A DNA stretch of 64,000 nucleotides from Macrostomum lignano. Its lineage: Eukaryota. Each line of letters starts with the position of its first letter. The first letter of the stretch is position 1. This document shows, piece after piece, positions 58,872-64,000 of this stretch. The stretch is taken from positions 186,001-250,000 of the forward strand of contig NIVC01001111.1 in the NCBI GenBank assembly GCA_002269645.1. The letters are read 5' to 3'. The notes under the pieces are model-generated. The model ran no database searches. It was given only the letters and a program-made list of their open reading frames with translations, and had not been told where the DNA came from. A program made the translations under genes and the position numbers.

Positions 58872-61800
58872 ATGATCAGCAACCAGGGAATCCATTGCCT
58901 GCAGATTAATCTGCAGCACTGCGTCGCAGCCTCGGTCAACCTTATGCGTTACGCCGAGCTCGACAAGCCGGGGCTCATCCTCGTCCAGGAACCCTGGACT
59001 CTCAGAGGTAAGCCTCAAAACGCCCCTGCTGGCTACAATTGTTTTTATACTTACCCTCGCGAGGCCAACCAGCCTCCCAGAGCTTGCATCTTTGCGAGCA
59101 AAACGCTCAGTGCGTGGCTCAGATCGGACCTGTCCAACAGGGACATCTGCGTCATCCAATCCGAGGACCTTCTTCCTGGGAAGACCACCCTCATTGCCTC
59201 GGTTTACCTACCAGGCGATGCTGCGGTCGTCCCCAGAGCCCTCGCTACGCTGGTAGAGCTCTGCTCTGCCAAAAACTACGAGCTCATGGTTGCCGGCGAC
59301 ATCAACGCCCACCACACTCACTGGGGCAGCACTGGCATTAATCAGAGAGGCGAAGACCTCCTAGCCTACGTTGCCTCTACGACCCTCGAGTTCTGCAACT
59401 CTGGGTCCACCCCTACCTTTGACAACGGACGGTGGTCGGAGGTGATCGACGCTACGCTCGCAACGCCCAGACTCTACCAGAGTATTGGGGCGTGGCGGGT
59501 GCTTCCAGTGTCCTCACTATCGGATCACAAGTTCATCTCCTTCAACCTAATGGCCGCGCGTAGCGCAACTCGTGTTATGTGGAGACGGAACGCCAGAAAT
59601 ACGGATTGGGAAACCTTCGGGCTCGCCCTGAAGGAATTCCATCGGTCTCCTGGCCAACCATCCACGATCACGTCGTGCCGAGAGGCGGATGAGTGCGCGA
59701 CTGTTTTGACAGAGACGCTAACCGCCGCCTTTGAGGCGTCCTGCCCTTTAAAAGCCTATAAAGGGAAAAAATCGGCGCCGTGGTGGAATCCCGAGCTCGG
59801 CAACCTCCGTCGCAGGGCTAAGAGACTCCACCGCAGAGCAACTAAAACTAAGAGCCCTGCAGACCAAACCGCCTATCATGAAGCAATTCATGAGTTTAAA
59901 AGGCAGGTTAGGAATGCAAAGGCTCAAAAATGGCGACAATACTGTGAGGAGCTAGAGGGCTCACGCCCCACCTCCAGAGTTGTGAAAGCGCTCACGCTGG
60001 ACAAAATGTCTAAGCTCTCCTCGGTCAAACGCACCGACGGTACGTCCACGGACAACCCAGGGGAAACGCTTGATGTAATGCTCACTGCGTTTTTCCCTAA
60101 CGAGCCAGCTAACCAGACCACTCCGGATCACTCGGAGGGAGGTCACGCGCTGGCTGCATCTATCATCACGGAGGACCGCATTGTGAGAGCGGCAAATTCC
60201 TTCAAGCCTTTCAAAGCCCCAGGACCCGACGGCATTGTACCGGCCCTTCTAAGAGAGGCGGTTAAATGCCCAGGCTTCCTGCGCAAACTTTGCAGCCTTC
60301 TTCGGGCATGCATCACGCTTGGTTATGTCCCGCAGGCATGGACCGAGGCAAAGGTGATCTTTATCCCTAAGCCAGGCCGCCCGGACTACCATTCTATCAA
60401 ATCCTTCAGACCGATCAGCTTGACCTCCTCCCTGGTCAAGCTGATGGAGAGACTGGTGCTTTGGCGCCTTCTCTCTGTTGAGCTGAAGAACAAACCTCTC
60501 AGCGAGAACCAGCACGCTTTTCGGGCGGGTCGCTCCACTGAAAGCGCGCTGCACGTCCTGGTCGATAAACTCGAGAAGGCCGTGCTTGGTAGTGGCTTTG
60601 CTCTGGGGATCTTCCTGGACATCATTGGCGCCTTCGATAACGTCCTCTTTGAGGCGTTCCGAAGAGCTCTTTGTGAGAGGCTAACGCACTCACATCTCAC
60701 CAGATGGATCATGTACATGATCAGCCATCGCACGGCCACCGCCAGTCTGCTGGGCTACCAGAGGACGGTCCCCGTCTGCAAAGGTAGCCCGCAAGGTGGG
60801 GTGCTGTCTCCAGTTCTCTGGAATATGGTCATCGATGAGCTCCTCCGGGATGTTCGGCCTGACCCCATTCTGAAAGTTGGATATGCGGACGATGTCACCG
60901 CGGTGGCATCTGGTCCGTCCCCTGATACCCTCAGGGACCTTCTTCAGAACTTCATCTACGCTGCTGAGCAATGGGCGGACCGCTGTGGTTTAAGGCTCTC
61001 TGAGACTAAGACCGCAGCGATCATGTTCACCAGCAGGACCAAGTGGCAGATTCGGCCGCTCACGCTTTACGGAAGGGAAATCCCCTTCTGCAAGCAGACT
61101 AAATGTCTGGGTATTACCCTGGACCACAGGCTGAACTGGTCTCCCCACGTTCAAACAAAAGCCAAAAAGGCCTTCGCAGTCCTCGCGCAATTGCGCAGGG
61201 CCGTCGGCACCACCTGGGGGCTCACCCCCAAGCGCCTCTGGTGGATCTACACTGCAATGGTTAGGCCCGCTATCTCGTATGGCGGCCTGATCTGGGCTAG
61301 CGCCCTGCAGATAAAGACCTGTCTAGAGGCTCTCAGGAGAGCGCAAGGGCGCGCTTGTCGCACGATCATGAGCGCCCCTCCGTCTGCTCCTTACGATGGC
61401 CTCAACGCCTTCCTCAACATTCCTCCGCTGGACATCTTTGTCCGCAGGGAAGCGGCTAAGACTGCCCGCCGTCTAGCTGACGCTGGCATTCGAATCCAGC
61501 CCCATAGGGCCATGGCTAAGCGCAAGCTTCTGCCCCACGCTGACCTCTGCCTCAAGGACTTGAGAGACAGCGGCGGGCTCCACGTCCTATCTGACGGCGA
61601 ACCCCGCACTCTCAACCTCTTTCAGCGCTACAAGGTCACCATCCCCTCTAGGGATGCTGCCAATGACCACTGGAATTTCCAGGAGGTCCATTGCTACACG
61701 GACGGATCCATCAAAGACGGTCGCGCCGGCTTTGGGGTCTGCATCATCATCAACGGCCGCGTAATTGCCACGCATGCCCAGCACACTGGTAGACTCTCCA

Positions 61801-62575
61801 CAGTCTTCCAGAACGAAGTCCTTGCCATCAGCTCTTGCGCTGCAGAGCTAAACGCCAAGGTTACGAGAGGAAAGACTATTGTCATCCACTCCGACAGCCA
61901 AGCGGCCTTACAGGCCCTTTGCCACACCACAACGAACTCCCGGACAGTCGCCGACTGCGCCCGGCAGCTCAACCTCCTGGCCAGAAGCAATACTGTCAGG
62001 CTGAAGTGGATCCCAGGGCACGCAGGGTTTCCGGGGAACGAGCTGGCAGACACCCTCGCCAAGAGGGGCGGCTCTGGCTCTTTTTTCGGCCCTGCCCCCT
62101 GGTCCCTATGCCCTTGACAGTCATCAATCGTCAGATCGACGACTGGGCTGACTCCCTCCACAGGGACAGATGGGCGGGCACCCAAAACTGCCGGCAATCT
62201 CGTGCCGCGGTTCCTTGCCCGTCTCACAGGCTCAGAAACATCCTTCTGAACCAGAATCGGAAGGATATTCGAGCCCTTGTCATGACCCTTACCGGCCATG
62301 GCTACCTCGCCAGGCACTGCTTCCTCCGAGGCGACCTCGAGAGCGAAATTTGCCCCTTTTGCGAGTGCGACAATGAAGATGCTCAGCACTTTGTCTGTCA
62401 CTGCCCTTTCTTTAACAGAGACCGGCTACGCTACCTCGGGCCGAACCCGTCCATTGACGAGGTTTGCCAGCCCGACAGCATCCCACGGCTCATCCAGTTC
62501 CTTCGGGCGACTAGACGAGCCAGTTTCTTCCCAACGGAAGATCACGCTGCAGGACGGACCGGCGGACCACCCTGA
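58872..62575 (+). CDS. LINE copy 2 ORF2 pol (APE-RT-RNase H-CCHC), one -1 frameshift at the C5 run 62095-62099
   Basis: ORF 58866-62117 (first ATG 58872) continues in ORF 61835-62575. Adding one C restores GPAPLVPMP.., collinear with copy 1 GPEPLVPIP. YADD, YTDGS and CPFC-x8-H-x4-C are present. Confidence 0.93.
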
Positions 62576-62688
62576 CCGGCCCCACGCCTCTGCCTGTCTG
62601 CGGGCCTTCAGGGGCTAGCGGAATGGGCGACCCTCGCCTCCCCGCTGTGTCTACGGACCACCCTGCAGCTAAGTCAAGTAAGTCAAAG

Positions 62689-62830
62689 ACTAGATTCGGA
62701 CACAGAGTAATCAGATTCACACAGAGTGACCAGATTCGGACACAGAGTAATCAGATTCGGACACAGAGTGACCAGATTCGTACACAGAGTGATTAGATTC
62801 GGACACAAAGTGTTCAGATTCGGACACGGA
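62689..62830. repeat. 21-bp minisatellite, right remnant after LINE copy 2
   Basis: About 7 units of the same array. Confidence 0.95.
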
Positions 62831-62876
62831 GTTGTCAGAAATTTAATCAAGGTCTGCACCACTGACGCGAGGTGCA

Positions 62877-63793
62877 TCAGCGGTTCACAATGGTCTGGCC
62901 CTCGGCAACCAGCCGGCGGCTGCGCTGCATCTGCAAGTCGACCACCTGACTGTAGCTCCGCTCCAAACGGTTCATCTGCTCGTCCAGCTGCTGCCGCACG
63001 GCGGACAGAGCGGCCAGCATCATCGCCTTGCGGCAGCGGGCCATCTCGTCGGCGTCTGCGACCCGATACGATTCTGTCGTTGGCTTCTGCTGCATCATTT
63101 GCGACGGCGCTCCAATCTCAGTCAGCTGGCGAATGCGGGCCTCCAGAGACTGCTCGATGCGGCAAATCTCCGCCGACGTGCCCTCCTCGCTGTCGGCGGC
63201 AATCGAAGCAGTCGACGTCGCCGTGGACCCGACCAGCTCCGTCAGTCGGAGGCTGCTGGACACTGTGGACGCACTACCATCGCCGCCGCTTCCTCCGTTG
63301 TCGCCGCGAACCGACGAGGTCGATGAGAACAGCCGCAAAGAGTCGGCGTCGTCTCCCTCGTCGTAGAACTCCAGGACGGAGCTGCCGACGCTCCGCGGCT
63401 GACCGCGTGGATTCCGTCGCCGATGAATTTCTCGGCGTCGGTCGTTGTCGTCTTCGGCAGCTGAGCAGTCCAGAGCCGGCCCGCCGTCCTCCCAGCGGTG
63501 TTGCCGGCGCAGGCGGCGAACCTTTGACGGTGGCTGCGACGGCTGCGGTTGAAAAATCGGCAGCACAACGCCTTGACAGTGCGGACAGAAGGCCGTCACC
63601 AGCTGCTGCTGATCCTCCAGCGACGAAGCCGAAGCTGGCAGGCCTTCATCGGAGCTGCCGCTGCTGTAATCGACAGCGTCATCGGCGGTAATGGCATGCT
63701 CGGCGGCTGAGACTCGGTGGCTGCGGCGCCGGGACAGAAGCCGACCCAGGCTAAACGCGGACTTCCGGCTGTTCTTGGCGTCAGCCTTGCCGT

Positions 63794-63838
<45 letters not shown>

Positions 63839-63902
63839 GCTTCGGCCGGCGGAACAGCTGGCCCCAGCGCATCTGCGGGTCCATGGCGGCAGAGGTCGGC
63901 AT
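62877..63902 (-). CDS. Hypothetical protein, 341 aa, low-complexity with a C-terminal predicted coiled coil
   Basis: GC-rich ORF with the same codon style as the host genes (poly-Ala, poly-Gln). ATG is in GTCACCATG context, just after a candidate acceptor AG near 63927. No family was recognised. Confidence 0.65.
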
Positions 63903-64000
63903 GGTGACTTCGGGGATGCCGTCGGCTACAGAATCGGGCAGGCTGGATGAGTTTTTATATTCGTATTTTCGTGTGCAGATGGCGAGCAGTTTAGGAATCA

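Larger units (their letters stand above)
56932..62688 (+). mobile_element. Full-length LOA-like non-LTR retrotransposon, copy 2 (distinct subfamily), 5.76 kb
   Basis: Same 5' end as copy 1, a 3' tail TAAGTCAAGTAAGTCAAAG, and an 11-bp TSD ACTAGATTCGG (56921-56931, 62689-62699). ORF1 and ORF2 are homologous to copy 1. Confidence 0.93.

Noticed and set aside
54674-62842. 8-bp inverted repeat (ATTTCTGA / TCAGAAAT) flanking the 21-mer array, as if the array were a MITE
   Set aside because: Too short, partly derived from the unit itself, and there is no TSD.
62726-63691. 321-aa plus-strand ORF
   Set aside because: It starts inside the minisatellite and is the antisense shadow of the 341-aa ORF, with Arg/Pro/Ser-rich non-protein-like composition.

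Overview
Eukaryotic (animal) genomic DNA with GC-rich exons, AT-rich introns and about 18 different minisatellite arrays, roughly a quarter of the non-LINE sequence. The style suggests a free-living flatworm such as Macrostomum, but that is inference only. Six protein-coding genes can be built by hand. They are an ADAP/centaurin-alpha ArfGAP with two PH domains (-), an SHB/SHF-family SH2 adaptor (+), a membrane-anchored JmjC/cupin oxygenase (+), SNX14 (-, 16 exons), a divergent SLC18 (VMAT-like) MFS transporter (+) and an orphan 341-aa ORF (-). Two full-length LOA-like non-LTR retrotransposons (APE-RT-RNase H-CCHC) each sit inside a minisatellite array with a target-site duplication. Both begin exactly at a predicted HDV-like self-cleaving ribozyme, share a nearly identical ~405-nt 5' module despite strongly diverged ORFs, and end in a conserved 3' stem-loop. 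A tRNA-derived SINE in an SNX14 intron carries a mimic of that same 3' stem-loop, which suggests a LINE/SINE host-parasite pair. The window also holds at least five MITEs with TIRs and TSDs, a minisatellite that expanded inside a dispersed repeat whose un-expanded copy lies in the same window, and CpG-free tracts. All alignments and RNA folds were done by eye, and no database searches were run.
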